A program made the position numbers and the translations under genes. Below, in pieces: positions 17,144 through 26,749 of a DNA stretch of 32,000 bases. The stretch comes from Pseudodesulfovibrio piezophilus C1TLV30. Its GTDB lineage: Bacteria; Desulfobacterota; Desulfovibrionia; Desulfovibrionales; Desulfovibrionaceae. Below the pieces are notes generated by a model. That model worked only from the letters and a program-made list of their open reading frames with translations, made no database searches and was not told the origin of the DNA. Each line of letters begins with the position of its first letter. Position 1 is the first letter of the stretch. Where the stretch lies: positions 1,770,001-1,802,000 of the forward strand of contig NC_020409.1 in assembly GCF_000341895.1 (NCBI RefSeq), read 5' to 3'.

Positions 17144-18388
17144 TCAGGGTTTTTCCGCCCAGATGATAAAAACCGGGTTTTGCGCCTTGAAACGCAGGTC
17201 GCCCGCAAGCGAATCCGTGGAAGATGCTTGAAGCTGGGTCACGCCAAAATGCCATCCGAGTTTCTGAAAATGGTCCTTGGCTGTATGCAGAGAGTCGAGA
17301 AGGATGGTGTGTGCAACGAGGCGTCCCTGCGGCTTGAGTCTTTCACAGGCGACCTTCAGCAAGAGGGTCTCCTGATTGGCATGACCGCCAAGCCCTCCGC
17401 CTATAAAAATACGATCCGGGTCAGGCAGATCAACGAGACAATCAGGAACTGAACCGAGGATGGTATCGACCAGCCACGCCCCTGTCCGCCGGATATTCTC
17501 ACGAATCATGGCCGCACGGGTCTTGTTACGCTCCACGGCAAAGACTCTCCCTCTCCGGGCCAGATGGGAGGCCTCGATGGAGACCGACCCGCTCCCTGCG
17601 CCCAAATCCCACACTGTCGAATGGGGAGTCACGCCGAGATAGGCCAGTCCGGCCGCTCGGACGGGCAACTTGGTGATCAAATTTTTCTGATGCAGATAAT
17701 AGTGATCAGGAATGCCCAAAGTCAGCTCTATTTCCGGTGGATACTGACGTTCGAGAATGACCAGGTTCAAGGAAGAAAAGTCCATCCCCCAGGTCTCTGG
17801 CAGGGCCAGGGCGCGAATACGCTCTTGCGGTGCGCCGATATCCTCAAGCACGGTCATCGAAAAGCAATCGGCCCCGCGTACAAGCAGGGCGCGAGCCACT
17901 TCGGCCGGAGTATTGATGGCATCGGTAAAGACCGCAACAAGATCAGCCCGGACCAGCGCGGCATACAGAGGCGAAAAATCATCCCGCCCATGCAGGGAGA
18001 CAAAATCCATCTCCTGCCAAGGAAGGCCGAGGCGGGCCGAGGCCAGCTGCATGGTCGAAAGATTTGGTTCCACCAGCAGATTTTCGCGCCCCAGTTCATC
18101 CCCCAACCGTTTGCCGATTCCGAAAAACAGCGGGTCTCCATCGGCCAGAACCACAACTTTTCCACCGGACTGAGCCGTCTCACGGATCGTTTCGAGGATC
18201 GGAGGCAAGGGACCGGCTATGGGAAGCTGTCGAGCCTTATTCCCTGTCGAAGCGGATAAACCGGCCGCGAGCAATCGTTTGCCGCCGACCACGAGATCGG
18301 CGTTGTCCAGCGCCGCGAGTGCGGTACTGGACATCTCAAGAGATCCGGGGGTAAGTCCGATGATGCGGACGGGTTCCATTGTCGACAT
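17144..18388 (-). CDS. cbiET: Cobalt-precorrin-6B/7 C5,C15-methyltransferase (decarboxylating), fused CbiE-CbiT
   Basis: The N-terminal half has the tetrapyrrole-methylase pattern (VRIIGLTPGS...NADLVVGGKR, VVVLADGDPLFFG). The C-terminal half is a class I methyltransferase (VWDLGAGSGSVSIEA). The start is uncertain: ATG 18388 or 18379; the track start at 18469 is GTG. Confidence 0.8.
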   Translation of the reverse strand: MSTMEPVRIIGLTPGSLEMSSTALAALDNADLVVGGKRLLAAGLSASTGNKARQLPIAGPLPPILETIRETAQSGGKVVVLADGDPLFFGIGKRLGDELGRENLLVEPNLSTMQLASARLGLPWQEMDFVSLHGRDDFSPLYAALVRADLVAVFTDAINTPAEVARALLVRGADCFSMTVLEDIGAPQERIRALALPETWGMDFSSLNLVILERQYPPEIELTLGIPDHYYLHQKNLITKLPVRAAGLAYLGVTPHSTVWDLGAGSGSVSIEASHLARRGRVFAVERNKTRAAMIRENIRRTGAWLVDTILGSVPDCLVDLPDPDRIFIGGGLGGHANQETLLLKVACERLKPQGRLVAHTILLDSLHTAKDHFQKLGWHFGVTQLQASSTDSLAGDLRFKAQNPVFIIWAEKP

Positions 18389-18546
18389 GCATGGTAATGT
18401 AAACGAAACCGGCGCAGGGGGAAAGGTCCAATGCAACGAGTTATAAAAGCGATTACGGACGGTTCCCACACAGCACTATTTCTGATAGGGAAAAGGGAAT
18501 AAGAAGTGTCGCGCCGATTCGGCGATGACCGCAAGAAGGAGGACAT

Positions 18547-19200
18547 ATGCAATTCTTTCTCGATACGGCAAATCTGGATCAAATCCGCGAGGTCAACGAA
18601 CTCGGCCTGCTTGATGGTGTCACGACCAATCCAACCCTGATGTCCCGCGAAGGCGGTGACTGGCGGGAACAGGCAGCACTGATATGCGAAATGGTGGATG
18701 GTCCAGTTTCACTGGAAGTCATCGGTACAACTCGTGAGGAGATGATCAAGGAAGCCAAGGATCTTGTTTCCTTCGGAGACAATGTCGTGGTCAAGCTCCC
18801 CATGATAGCCGAAGGACTCAAGGCACTCAAGGAACTGTCGGAACGTGGTGTGAAAACCAATGTCACCCTCATTTTCTCCCCAGCCCAGGCCTTGCTCGCC
18901 GCAAAACTCGGCGCGACATACGTCTCTCCATTTGTCGGTAGGCTCGACGCGCTCTCCCAGAGCGGTATGGAAACCGTGGATCAGATGCGCACCATTTTCG
19001 ACAATTACAGCTATGAAACCAAAATCCTCGTTGCCTCGGTACGCCATCCCATGCATGTACTGGAAACCGGACTCATCGGCGCTGATGTTGTCACACTTCC
19101 CTATTCAACCATCATGCAACTGATGAAGCATCCATTGACTGACAACGGATTGGCGACCTTTCTGGCAGACTGGGAAGCCTTTCAGGCTGAAAAAGGATAA
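18547..19200 (+). CDS. tal: Short-type transaldolase / fructose-6-phosphate aldolase family protein
   Basis: 217 aa. [37 protein letters not shown] (Schiff-base Lys) and NVTLIFS are present. ATG is preceded by AGGAGG. Confidence 0.85.
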   Translation: MQFFLDTANLDQIREVNELGLLDGVTTNPTLMSREGGDWREQAALICEMVDGPVSLEVIGTTREEMIKEAKDLVSFGDNVVVKLPMIAEGLKALKELSERGVKTNVTLIFSPAQALLAAKLGATYVSPFVGRLDALSQSGMETVDQMRTIFDNYSYETKILVASVRHPMHVLETGLIGADVVTLPYSTIMQLMKHPLTDNGLATFLADWEAFQAEKG

Positions 19201-19226
19201 GATCGTTCATCCTCCGAAGCGCATAC

Positions 19227-19263
19227 GGCCTGTCAGCGAGAACCTGGCAGGCCATTTCTTTTG
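19227..19263 (+). terminator. Rho-independent terminator after tal
   Basis: 10-bp stem GGCCTGTCAG / CTGGCAGGCC (one G-U pair) with a 7-nt loop, followed by ATTTCTTTTG. Confidence 0.55.
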
Positions 19264-19300
19264 CCTCTTGAGGCACACCATCCTTTCATACAAGACTCTT

Positions 19301-20410
19301 TCAGGATGTCGGCATGTCCAAACGGGTTCCGTCAAAATCAAAAACAGCGTAGTCCACCGCACATCGGTCGCCGGAGAAAGCTTGGGCAACACGAGTCGCC
19401 CGGTCAATCAGGGCTGCAATGAGTCGGAACCGGAGCCGGTCATCTTCCAGCAGAGCAAGTACTTGACGAGCGGTATTGGCATTGAGGATATCCTGTATAT
19501 GTTCATGCGCACACCCGGCCTCACTGCACCATCCGGCCAATCGGTCAAAATCTATGGGATGGGTTTTGGCATGGGTATAAGCCAACCCCTGAGCCTGCTT
19601 GACCAGCTTACCGAAAAAAAGGGACCATGTGACACGGGCCATGCCACGGTCTGCGGCCGCCCGCATGGAGGACTCGAAAAAATCCGCTGCCTGGATGCAG
19701 GCCAATTCCGGCACCCCCGGAAAGGCCTCCAGATACAGGCGTTCCGAACGGCGGCCCGTTGTCAGAACCACGGCGTCAAGCCCTTGTGCCCGAGCCACAT
19801 CCAGTCCTTCCTCGATAGTCGCTTTCCATGAAGCATGAGAGTATGGCTTGACGATCCCCTGTGTACCGAGAATGGAAATCCCGCCGAGAATCCCAAGACG
19901 CGCGTTCATGGTCTTTCTGGCGATAATGTGCCCATTCGGGACCTCGACAAGCACTGAAATGGAGCCAGTCCCCATTCCCTTGGCCGCCTGTCGCACCCCC
20001 TGCTCTATCTGCTTTCGCGGCTCTGGATTGATAGCTGCCTGACCAACCGGGATCGGCAGACCAGGCAAGGAGGCGCGACCGACTCCGGCACCACCGTCTA
20101 TCTCCACCCGCAGAGGGCCGGAAGTCCCGCCAGACATGGAAACCACGGCTTGAATATCATGTCCGTGGGTCGCATCAGGATCATCCCCGCCATCCTTGAC
20201 CACCGTAACGCGGACACCACCCGAAACCTTCTCGAACCGAGCAATCGGCACGCGCAAGGTCCCGCCGGGCGGCAAAGGGACGTCCACTGTCTCCGGGCAC
20301 TCTCCCCCCAGCAGATACAGGGTCCCGGCCATGGCCGCTGCCGTGGCACAACTGCCGGTCGTCCGTCCGGTCCGCAATTTCTTGGATTCGTGCTCTGTCA
20401 TGCGATCCAT
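19301..20410 (-). CDS. cbiD: Cobalt-precorrin-5B (C1)-methyltransferase CbiD
   Basis: LRTGRTTGSCATAAAMAG, DGGDDPDATHG and GILGGISILGTQGIVKPYS are CbiD blocks. The alternative start ATG 20401 makes an ATGA overlap with the upstream stop. Confidence 0.85.
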   Translation of the reverse strand: MDRMTEHESKKLRTGRTTGSCATAAAMAGTLYLLGGECPETVDVPLPPGGTLRVPIARFEKVSGGVRVTVVKDGGDDPDATHGHDIQAVVSMSGGTSGPLRVEIDGGAGVGRASLPGLPIPVGQAAINPEPRKQIEQGVRQAAKGMGTGSISVLVEVPNGHIIARKTMNARLGILGGISILGTQGIVKPYSHASWKATIEEGLDVARAQGLDAVVLTTGRRSERLYLEAFPGVPELACIQAADFFESSMRAAADRGMARVTWSLFFGKLVKQAQGLAYTHAKTHPIDFDRLAGWCSEAGCAHEHIQDILNANTARQVLALLEDDRLRFRLIAALIDRATRVAQAFSGDRCAVDYAVFDFDGTRLDMPTS

Positions 20411-20874
20411 TCATAAGGAACACCACCAGCCTTGGCAATGCCTGTGAGCATACCGCGAAACACCCAGACATGCAGGGGCAATACCGCATACCAATAGACA
20501 GTGCCCAGAAAAGAGGTGGGAGAAAACATGAAATCAGCAGTCAATGCAGTGCCCCCATCCACGGGGTGAAGGCGAAACTCAAGCCGTGCTTGACCGGGAA
20601 GGACAGCCTCGGCCAAAAGGCATAATGAAATCGGTTCTTGAACCGTCTCGACGCACCACATATCTACATGGTCTCCGGGCAACAACACTTCCGGGTCCCG
20701 TCGCGACCGCAGCCCCACTCCTCCTGCTCGCCGATCGAGCCAACCTCGCACCGCCCAAAGCCAATCGGCAGAGTACCACCCGGTGTCTCCGCCTATACGG
20801 GACAGGAATGGCCAGACATATTCGGGCGTCGCCCTGAGTAACAGGCTTCGCTTCTCCCGAAAGGGACCGATCAT
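20398..20874 (-). CDS. Stand-alone DUF2867-like protein, a paralogue of the C-terminal domain of the upstream gene
   Basis: 158 aa. RIGGDTGWYSADWLWAVRGWLDR...PGQARLEF...GTVYWYAVLPLHVWVF is collinear with RIGGEQGWYYGDPLWRLRGFIDR...PGEALLEF...GLLYWYAMYPFHIVLF in the upstream protein. Its start overlaps the upstream stop as ATGA. Confidence 0.6.
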   Translation of the reverse strand: MIGPFREKRSLLLRATPEYVWPFLSRIGGDTGWYSADWLWAVRGWLDRRAGGVGLRSRRDPEVLLPGDHVDMWCVETVQEPISLCLLAEAVLPGQARLEFRLHPVDGGTALTADFMFSPTSFLGTVYWYAVLPLHVWVFRGMLTGIAKAGGVPYEWIA

Positions 20875-22382
20875 GACCGGGATTTGATCCTGTCAGGACC
20901 TGAATACAAATGTGTCCCAGCCTGGCTGGATATGTTTTCGATCATGTTCGTGAACAGGACAATGTGAAATGGATACATGGCGTACCAATAGAGCAATCCT
21001 GTCAAACCTCGTGGTAGAAATTTGGCAGTCATGGACAAATCCACGGCATTCTCCCAATTGGTCTCCATCTTGAATTCAAGCAACGCTTCACCGGGCAGTC
21101 GCATCTCCGCCAACAGGAGCAGTCGCCGCCCTGTGTCACTGGCCAGAACACGCCAGAAATCAAGGGCGTCTCCCACCCGAGGAGCCTTGTCACCGCGAGG
21201 TCTCCCACGAGCCATTCCCGGCCCGGCAAGCAGCCGGTCGATAAAGCCCCGCAACCGCCATAAGGGATCACCGTAATACCATCCCTGCTCTCCTCCGATG
21301 CGCTCAATCACCCCCCAGACTTTCTTCGGATCGCCCTGAAGCCGGGCCTTATACCCCATCTCGAATTGCGTGCCTCCCGCGTACTCAGGATCATCCAGGC
21401 TGGCCCACTCCGGCATGCAGGCGCTGCCGACATCAAAAAGACACGTTTCCACCATCTGGTGCTCGGTTTTTTCCAGCGCTCGACGAATGGCTTCACGACA
21501 GGAAAGCAACTCCTGGGGAACGAGTGCGCGAATATCCTCATTGCGGCAGACGACTTCGTTCTTGAGGCCTTCGATCAGAGATCTGATAAGGGTAATGGGA
21601 ACAGGCGTGATCATGGATACCCAGAATGCGGATAGATACGGAGACAGGAACGGCACAGAGAGGATACGCCGTCGGGGAAGTCCGGCCACTTCGGAATAGA
21701 GCCGAAAGAGTTCCATGTAGGAGAGCACATCCGGGCCACCTATATCGAGCGTCAGTCCGGCCGTTTCTTCATTCTCCAGACATCCAGTCAAATAGCCAAG
21801 GACATTGCGAATCGCAATCGGTTGCGCTTTGGTACGCACCCATTTGGGCGTGATCATCACGGGCAGGCGATCGGCAAGATATCGGATCATCTCAAAAGAA
21901 GAGGAACCGGACCCGATAATCTGAGCAGCACGGAGCGTCGTGACACTGGCCGGACCAAGATGCAGGATTCGGCCGACTTCGGCCCGTGAGAGCAGGTGCT
22001 TTGAAAGAGGCTGATCTTCCTGATCCTCACCCAGGCCACCAAGGTAAATGATCCGCTCAAGACCTGTTTCCTGAGCCGCGCTGACCATATTGTAAGCGGC
22101 GTCTCGTTCCTGAGCCGCGAAATCACGAGAGGGTCCTCCCATGGAATGAACAAGATAGAAGACTGCCCGGCAGCCCTGCACGGCCTCAATCAGGGATGTG
22201 ACATCATGCATGTCTGCACGAACGGCCTCGACCCCCGAATTCTTGCCCCATGGACGAGACAGAATTTTATCCACACTGCGCCCGGCTGCCCGGACTCGGT
22301 GACCACACTCCAGCAACGCCGGAACCAGCCGCCCTCCTACATAGCCGGTGGAACCAAGAACCAGAACAGGACGCTCATCCAT
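20871..22382 (-). CDS. NAD(P)-binding (atypical SDR/NmrA-like) protein with a C-terminal DUF2867-like domain
   Basis: VLVLGSTGYVGGRLVPALLECGHRV is a Rossmann GxxGxxG. The C-terminal ~150 aa is the DUF2867-like module. I prefer ATG 22382 (MDERP...), preceded by GGGAGG; the track start at 22475 would overlap the lipoprotein gene. Confidence 0.7.
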   Translation of the reverse strand: MDERPVLVLGSTGYVGGRLVPALLECGHRVRAAGRSVDKILSRPWGKNSGVEAVRADMHDVTSLIEAVQGCRAVFYLVHSMGGPSRDFAAQERDAAYNMVSAAQETGLERIIYLGGLGEDQEDQPLSKHLLSRAEVGRILHLGPASVTTLRAAQIIGSGSSSFEMIRYLADRLPVMITPKWVRTKAQPIAIRNVLGYLTGCLENEETAGLTLDIGGPDVLSYMELFRLYSEVAGLPRRRILSVPFLSPYLSAFWVSMITPVPITLIRSLIEGLKNEVVCRNEDIRALVPQELLSCREAIRRALEKTEHQMVETCLFDVGSACMPEWASLDDPEYAGGTQFEMGYKARLQGDPKKVWGVIERIGGEQGWYYGDPLWRLRGFIDRLLAGPGMARGRPRGDKAPRVGDALDFWRVLASDTGRRLLLLAEMRLPGEALLEFKMETNWENAVDLSMTAKFLPRGLTGLLYWYAMYPFHIVLFTNMIENISSQAGTHLYSGPDRIKSRS

Positions 22383-22411
22383 GGCTTGCGCCTCCCTTTT
22401 CGGAACTTCCC

Positions 22412-22684
22412 TTACTTCCTGAGCGGAATACCGTCGGACGGGTCCTTCAGAATCCATCCCTTGCTTTCCATGCACTTCTTGTAAATAGGCAACTGCCGAT
22501 CCTGATCCAGCGGGTACTGCTCACTGGCAACGATACCACAATCAGTGGAATCCTTGTCAAACTGGTAATCCGCCTGTGTGGCATCGGGGATATCAGGGTT
22601 GACCCACGGACGGGAACACCCGGCCACCAGCAGAACCACCATCAGGACAAGAGAGAAAAACACCTTTTGCATCCAAGACCTCAT
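22412..22684 (-). CDS. Small putative lipoprotein
   Basis: Signal peptide with lipobox: MQKVFFSLVLMVVLLVAGC|S. The mature part is ~65 aa with 2 further Cys. The probable start is ATG 22672 (GAGG 5 nt upstream). Confidence 0.55.
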   Translation of the reverse strand: MRSWMQKVFFSLVLMVVLLVAGCSRPWVNPDIPDATQADYQFDKDSTDCGIVASEQYPLDQDRQLPIYKKCMESKGWILKDPSDGIPLRK

Positions 22685-22688
22685 TCTT

Positions 22689-23681
22689 CTATTCGTCTGT
22701 CAAATCACGGCTCAATAAATCCCGTACCGCCAGGGTCGCATCCTTGTCATCATATAGGATACTATAGACCTGTTCCGTAATGGGCAACTCCACTTTCAAT
22801 TTTTTTGAAAGGTCATAGAGGGAACGGGTTGTTTTCACCCCTTCAGCCACTGCTTTCATTTCGCTGATGATGTCGTCCAGCGTGCGCCCCTGCCCCAACT
22901 GCAATCCGACCTGTCGGTTGCGGGAGAGATCTCCGGTACAGGTCAACACGAGGTCGCCCATGCCTGAAAGCCCCATGAACGTGCGCTGCTGCCCCCCCAT
23001 GGCTATGCCCAGACGGCTCATCTCGGCCAGCCCCCGCGTAATCAGGGCAGCACGGGCATCATGCCCAAACCCCAGCCCGTCAGCGATCCCGGCCGCAATT
23101 GCTATGACATTCTTGACCGCCCCCCCAAGCTCGACCCCCCGATAGTCGGGCGTAAAGTAGACGCGAAAGGCCGGAGTTGAAAAAGCGGCCTGAAGCTCAC
23201 GCCCCAATTCATGATCCTCACATCCCAGAGAAACGGTCGTCGGCATATCCCGGCACACCTCGGCGGCAAAAGACGGACCGGAAAGAGAAGCATAGCGGGG
23301 ATGTTTACCATCCAGAGAGTGGGCAATCACACGACTCATAGGCTCAAGGGAGTCCAGTTCGATTCCTTTGGAAGCACAGACGATGACCGGCCTGTCTGGC
23401 AAAATATCCCGAAATTCGCCCAAGACTGAGCGAATATACTGACTGGGAATAGCCACCAGCAAGTAGTCGGCCCCGGCAAATGCGGCCCCGGCATCCGTCG
23501 TGGCCTTCAGGGAATCCGAAAGCGGGACTCCAGGGAGGTACGCCGTATTTTCCCGACGGGTATTCATTTCCTCAACCATCTCATGGTCGCGAGCCCAAAG
23601 CACGGTCTCCACACTGTTTTTGGCGAGCATATCGGCCAGGGTTGTCCCCCAGGCTCCGGCACCGAGCACAGCTATCTTCAT
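22689..23681 (-). CDS. gpsA: NAD(P)H-dependent glycerol-3-phosphate dehydrogenase
   Basis: MKIAVLGAGAWGTTLA, KGIE, GGAVKNVIAIAAGI and TCTGDLSRN are GpsA blocks. AAGGAG lies upstream of the ATG. Confidence 0.9.
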   Translation of the reverse strand: MKIAVLGAGAWGTTLADMLAKNSVETVLWARDHEMVEEMNTRRENTAYLPGVPLSDSLKATTDAGAAFAGADYLLVAIPSQYIRSVLGEFRDILPDRPVIVCASKGIELDSLEPMSRVIAHSLDGKHPRYASLSGPSFAAEVCRDMPTTVSLGCEDHELGRELQAAFSTPAFRVYFTPDYRGVELGGAVKNVIAIAAGIADGLGFGHDARAALITRGLAEMSRLGIAMGGQQRTFMGLSGMGDLVLTCTGDLSRNRQVGLQLGQGRTLDDIISEMKAVAEGVKTTRSLYDLSKKLKVELPITEQVYSILYDDKDATLAVRDLLSRDLTDE

Positions 23682-23923
23682 ATATTGAAACTCCTTGTCA
23701 TGCTAATTGAAGTCACAGAGCATACGTGCGGGCTGCCGAGGAGGCAAGCGCAGACCTTCAAAGAGACCCCATGTTTCCAGCACCATGGATCACGTATGCG
23801 TGAAAGGAAGACCTGAAGCGTTTCCAATTTTCATGCGAAAAAACGGATTTTTCCCCATCGCAACAAAACTATCATACCCCAAAGTGACAAAAATACAGTA
23901 ACACCGATACAGGAGGTACAACT

Positions 23924-25996
23924 ATGAGCCTGAAACTCAAGATGACTCTCATGATGTGCGGCGTGATTCTCGCCCTGACCGTCATGGGTGGAACCATGTA
24001 TTGGAGCAATACTATCGTTGAGATGTATACGGATACGTTGATTCTTCGTGATCAACAACTTCGTGTCGCCAAGGATATGAAAATGGCGCAGGTCGAACTG
24101 CTGCTGGCCGCCATGGATTCAATCGTGGACAAAGATGAAGGGACGATTGCCCCGGAACGCCTGGAGCATATGAAAGAAACATCCGAACTGCTGAAGAATA
24201 ACGCGAAAGCTCTGGTCAACGCCGCAGACACTCCGAGAGAACGCGAGCAGGCGACCAAGGTTGCCGGGGCGATCCAGGGATTCACCCGCTCAGTCAGCGT
24301 CGATCTCAAAGAACTGATTGAAAACAGCGCCACCCACGTTGCCGATATCGATACTGCTTTTGCCGCCATGGATGACGACATCGACAATGCCGGAAGTGCC
24401 ATCGAGGAGTCTCTTTCACGCCTGAATACACTTTTTTCCGCCAGATCAGCTCAGGGTGCGGTCAATATCACCACCCTCATGCAACTTTCTCAAACCAGGC
24501 TGGTTCTCGCGGCCATGGACTCCATCATCGACAGAGAAGAAGGGCGGATCAATGAGGAAAGACTTGGCATTATCAACCAGGAATCAATCATACTGGGAAC
24601 CCTTCATAGCAGGCTGGAAACCATGGTTTCCAACTCGGAAGAGATCGCTCTTACAGCCCAAATCGGGAAGGCGCTGCCAGACATCATCAAAGCCATCAAG
24701 GTGGACCTGAAAAACCTGATCGAAATGGGGGCCACAGAAAAAAAAGCAACAGAAAACGCCTTTGCCCAAATGGACGACGAACTTGACGAGAAAGGAGAAG
24801 CTATTGTTGACGGTCTCGATATCATGGTTCAATCCATCCAAAAAGAAGCAGAAGAAGCAACAGACATGCTTCATGCCATCATCGGTAAAACCCTTTGGGT
24901 GTCTTTTTCCATCTTTCTGATTGCCCTTGGCATCCTGATCCCCACATTTCTTCTTTTCTCCTCCGCGATTCTTCGCGGTCTGGGAACCGGTGTGACCTTT
25001 GCCGACCAACTGGCCGACGGCGACCTTGATGCAAACATTACAATACGAACCAATGATGAAATAGGCATATTGGGTACACGGTTGACCTTCATGCGAGACA
25101 AACTTCGTGGTGTTTTCACTGATATTCAGGAAGGCGCTTCCAATATTTCCGCCGGGAGCCAGGAACTGGCAGGAACGGCTCAGGCCGTATCCGAAGGAGC
25201 TTCCAAGCAGGCAGCCTCAGCGGAGATGGTCTCAACCTCCATCGAGGAAATAAGCGCGGCAGTCAAGACCACCGCCGAAAGCGCCCGTGAAACAGATCAG
25301 ATAGCCACCCGCACGGCTGACAAGGCTGAAGACGGCGGGTCTGCCGTACAAAAAACTGTGGAGGCCATGAAAGATATTGCGGAAAAGATCGCAATCATTG
25401 AAGAGATAGCCCGCCAGACCAATCTGCTGGCCCTCAACGCGGCCATCGAAGCCGCCCGCGCAGGAGATCATGGAAAAGGATTTGCCGTGGTTGCCGCCGA
25501 GGTTCGAAAACTGGCAGAGCGCAGCGGCACAGCCGCACAGGAGATCAGTGAACTCTCCGTCAGCAGCGTGGAAGTAGCTGAACGTGCAGGCAACCTCCTT
25601 GGCCAAATGGTGCCCGATATCAAACTGACCTCGGATATGATCCAATCCATATCCACGGCCAATGACGAGTTGTCGGCCAATGTCTCTGAAGTGGCCGGAG
25701 CAGTGGAAGAACTCGACTCGGTCATCCAGGCCAATGCCGCAGCTGCGGAAGAGATGGCTTCCACATCAACACACCTCTCTGGTCAGGCTGAAATGCTCAT
25801 GAAATCAGTGAGCTATTTCAGTGCAAGCGGGATAACAACCCCGGCTGCGCGTCCAGCGCGAGCACCCGCTCTGCCAGCCAAATCAGCCGCTTCCGCTCCT
25901 GCCAAGCCGACACGGGACACACCAGCCCCTCAAGCCATCGAAAGTGACGAAGGATTTGATATGGACCTTGACGACGACCAGTTCGAGCGATTCTAA
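23924..25996 (+). CDS. Methyl-accepting chemotaxis protein with a duplicated helical periplasmic sensor
   Basis: TM1 ([17 protein letters not shown]), a ~290-aa helical periplasmic region, TM2 ([22 protein letters not shown]) and a HAMP domain. The conserved signalling hairpin is present ([40 protein letters not shown]). AGGAGG lies upstream of the ATG. Confidence 0.9.
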   Translation: MSLKLKMTLMMCGVILALTVMGGTMYWSNTIVEMYTDTLILRDQQLRVAKDMKMAQVELLLAAMDSIVDKDEGTIAPERLEHMKETSELLKNNAKALVNAADTPREREQATKVAGAIQGFTRSVSVDLKELIENSATHVADIDTAFAAMDDDIDNAGSAIEESLSRLNTLFSARSAQGAVNITTLMQLSQTRLVLAAMDSIIDREEGRINEERLGIINQESIILGTLHSRLETMVSNSEEIALTAQIGKALPDIIKAIKVDLKNLIEMGATEKKATENAFAQMDDELDEKGEAIVDGLDIMVQSIQKEAEEATDMLHAIIGKTLWVSFSIFLIALGILIPTFLLFSSAILRGLGTGVTFADQLADGDLDANITIRTNDEIGILGTRLTFMRDKLRGVFTDIQEGASNISAGSQELAGTAQAVSEGASKQAASAEMVSTSIEEISAAVKTTAESARETDQIATRTADKAEDGGSAVQKTVEAMKDIAEKIAIIEEIARQTNLLALNAAIEAARAGDHGKGFAVVAAEVRKLAERSGTAAQEISELSVSSVEVAERAGNLLGQMVPDIKLTSDMIQSISTANDELSANVSEVAGAVEELDSVIQANAAAAEEMASTSTHLSGQAEMLMKSVSYFSASGITTPAARPARAPALPAKSAASAPAKPTRDTPAPQAIESDEGFDMDLDDDQFERF

Positions 25997-26008
25997 GCAC
26001 TCTCTCCC

Positions 26009-26045
26009 GCGCAAAGCCCCTGTTCCAGAAACCGGGGCTTTGCGC
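26009..26045 (+). terminator. Strong hairpin after the MCP gene (putative terminator, no U-tract)
   Basis: Perfect 12-bp stem GCGCAAAGCCCC / GGGGCTTTGCGC with a 13-nt loop, starting 13 nt after the stop. It is followed by TCCCCCC rather than a T-run. Confidence 0.45.
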
Positions 26046-26158
26046 TCCCCCCTATATTGCCGGTCACAGGGGCTCTTCTCCCCACAGACTCAAAGTTATG
26101 ACGGTTTTCACTGCTCAGCCTGTTGCATCCGGAAGCGAGGGCGGGTATAGCCACATGC

Positions 26159-26635
26159 ATGGCTATACAATTCACCGAGACAGAAGAAAAGATCCTGGCC
26201 CTGGCAGGTGCAGACCTGCCGGATACCGAGCGTCCGTTCAAAACCATCGCCGATCAGGTCGGCGTTGATGAAGACGTGGTTCTCGCCCTGCTCACCGACC
26301 TCAAGGATCGCAAGGTCATTCGCCGTTTTGGTGCCACCTTGCGTCATCAGAAAGCAGGCTACGGGCACAATGCGATGGTCGCGTGGCGTATTCCGGAAGA
26401 ACGGGATGATGAAGTGGGGGCCATCTTCGCGGCCAGACCCGAAATCTCCCATTGCTACATTCGCCGGACCTACCCTGAGTGGACCTACAATTTTTACACC
26501 ATGATTCATGGTGAACGGCCGGGCCATGTCGACGACGTCGTGGCCGAGCTTGAAAAAGAAGTAGGAGTCAGTGACAACTGCACACTGAACTCTTTGAAAG
26601 AACTCAAAAAGACCTCCATGGTCTATTTCAAATAG
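26159..26635 (+). CDS. ahbB: Siroheme decarboxylase subunit (AhbA/AhbB, NirD/L-like Lrp/AsnC-type fold)
   Basis: KILALAGADLPDTERPFKTIADQVGVDEDVVLALLTDLKDRKVIRRFGATLRHQKAGYGHNAMVAW fits the AhbA/B-NirDLGH family. The ahbB symbol is assigned only from remembered synteny with hemL-cbiG-cobJ-cytochrome c3 in Desulfovibrio vulgaris. The start is ATG 26159 or the track start 26123. Confidence 0.65.
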   Translation: MAIQFTETEEKILALAGADLPDTERPFKTIADQVGVDEDVVLALLTDLKDRKVIRRFGATLRHQKAGYGHNAMVAWRIPEERDDEVGAIFAARPEISHCYIRRTYPEWTYNFYTMIHGERPGHVDDVVAELEKEVGVSDNCTLNSLKELKKTSMVYFK

Positions 26636-26749
26636 AATACGAATACAGGCTGTTTGCAAACGGAAACGAAAAAGGGGTCGCATTCTTCGAGTCTGCCTTT
26701 TTGCTCGCTCTCCGCCCACACAAGAACTCACAGCCAACAGGAGCTTCCC

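Noticed and set aside
23880-23910. A sigma28 (FliA)-like promoter upstream of the MCP gene (CAAAG ... ACCGATAC)
   Set aside because: The -10-like CCGATA is present. The only TAAA-like element is 19 nt away rather than ~15, and other spacings give no match. This is too weak to call.
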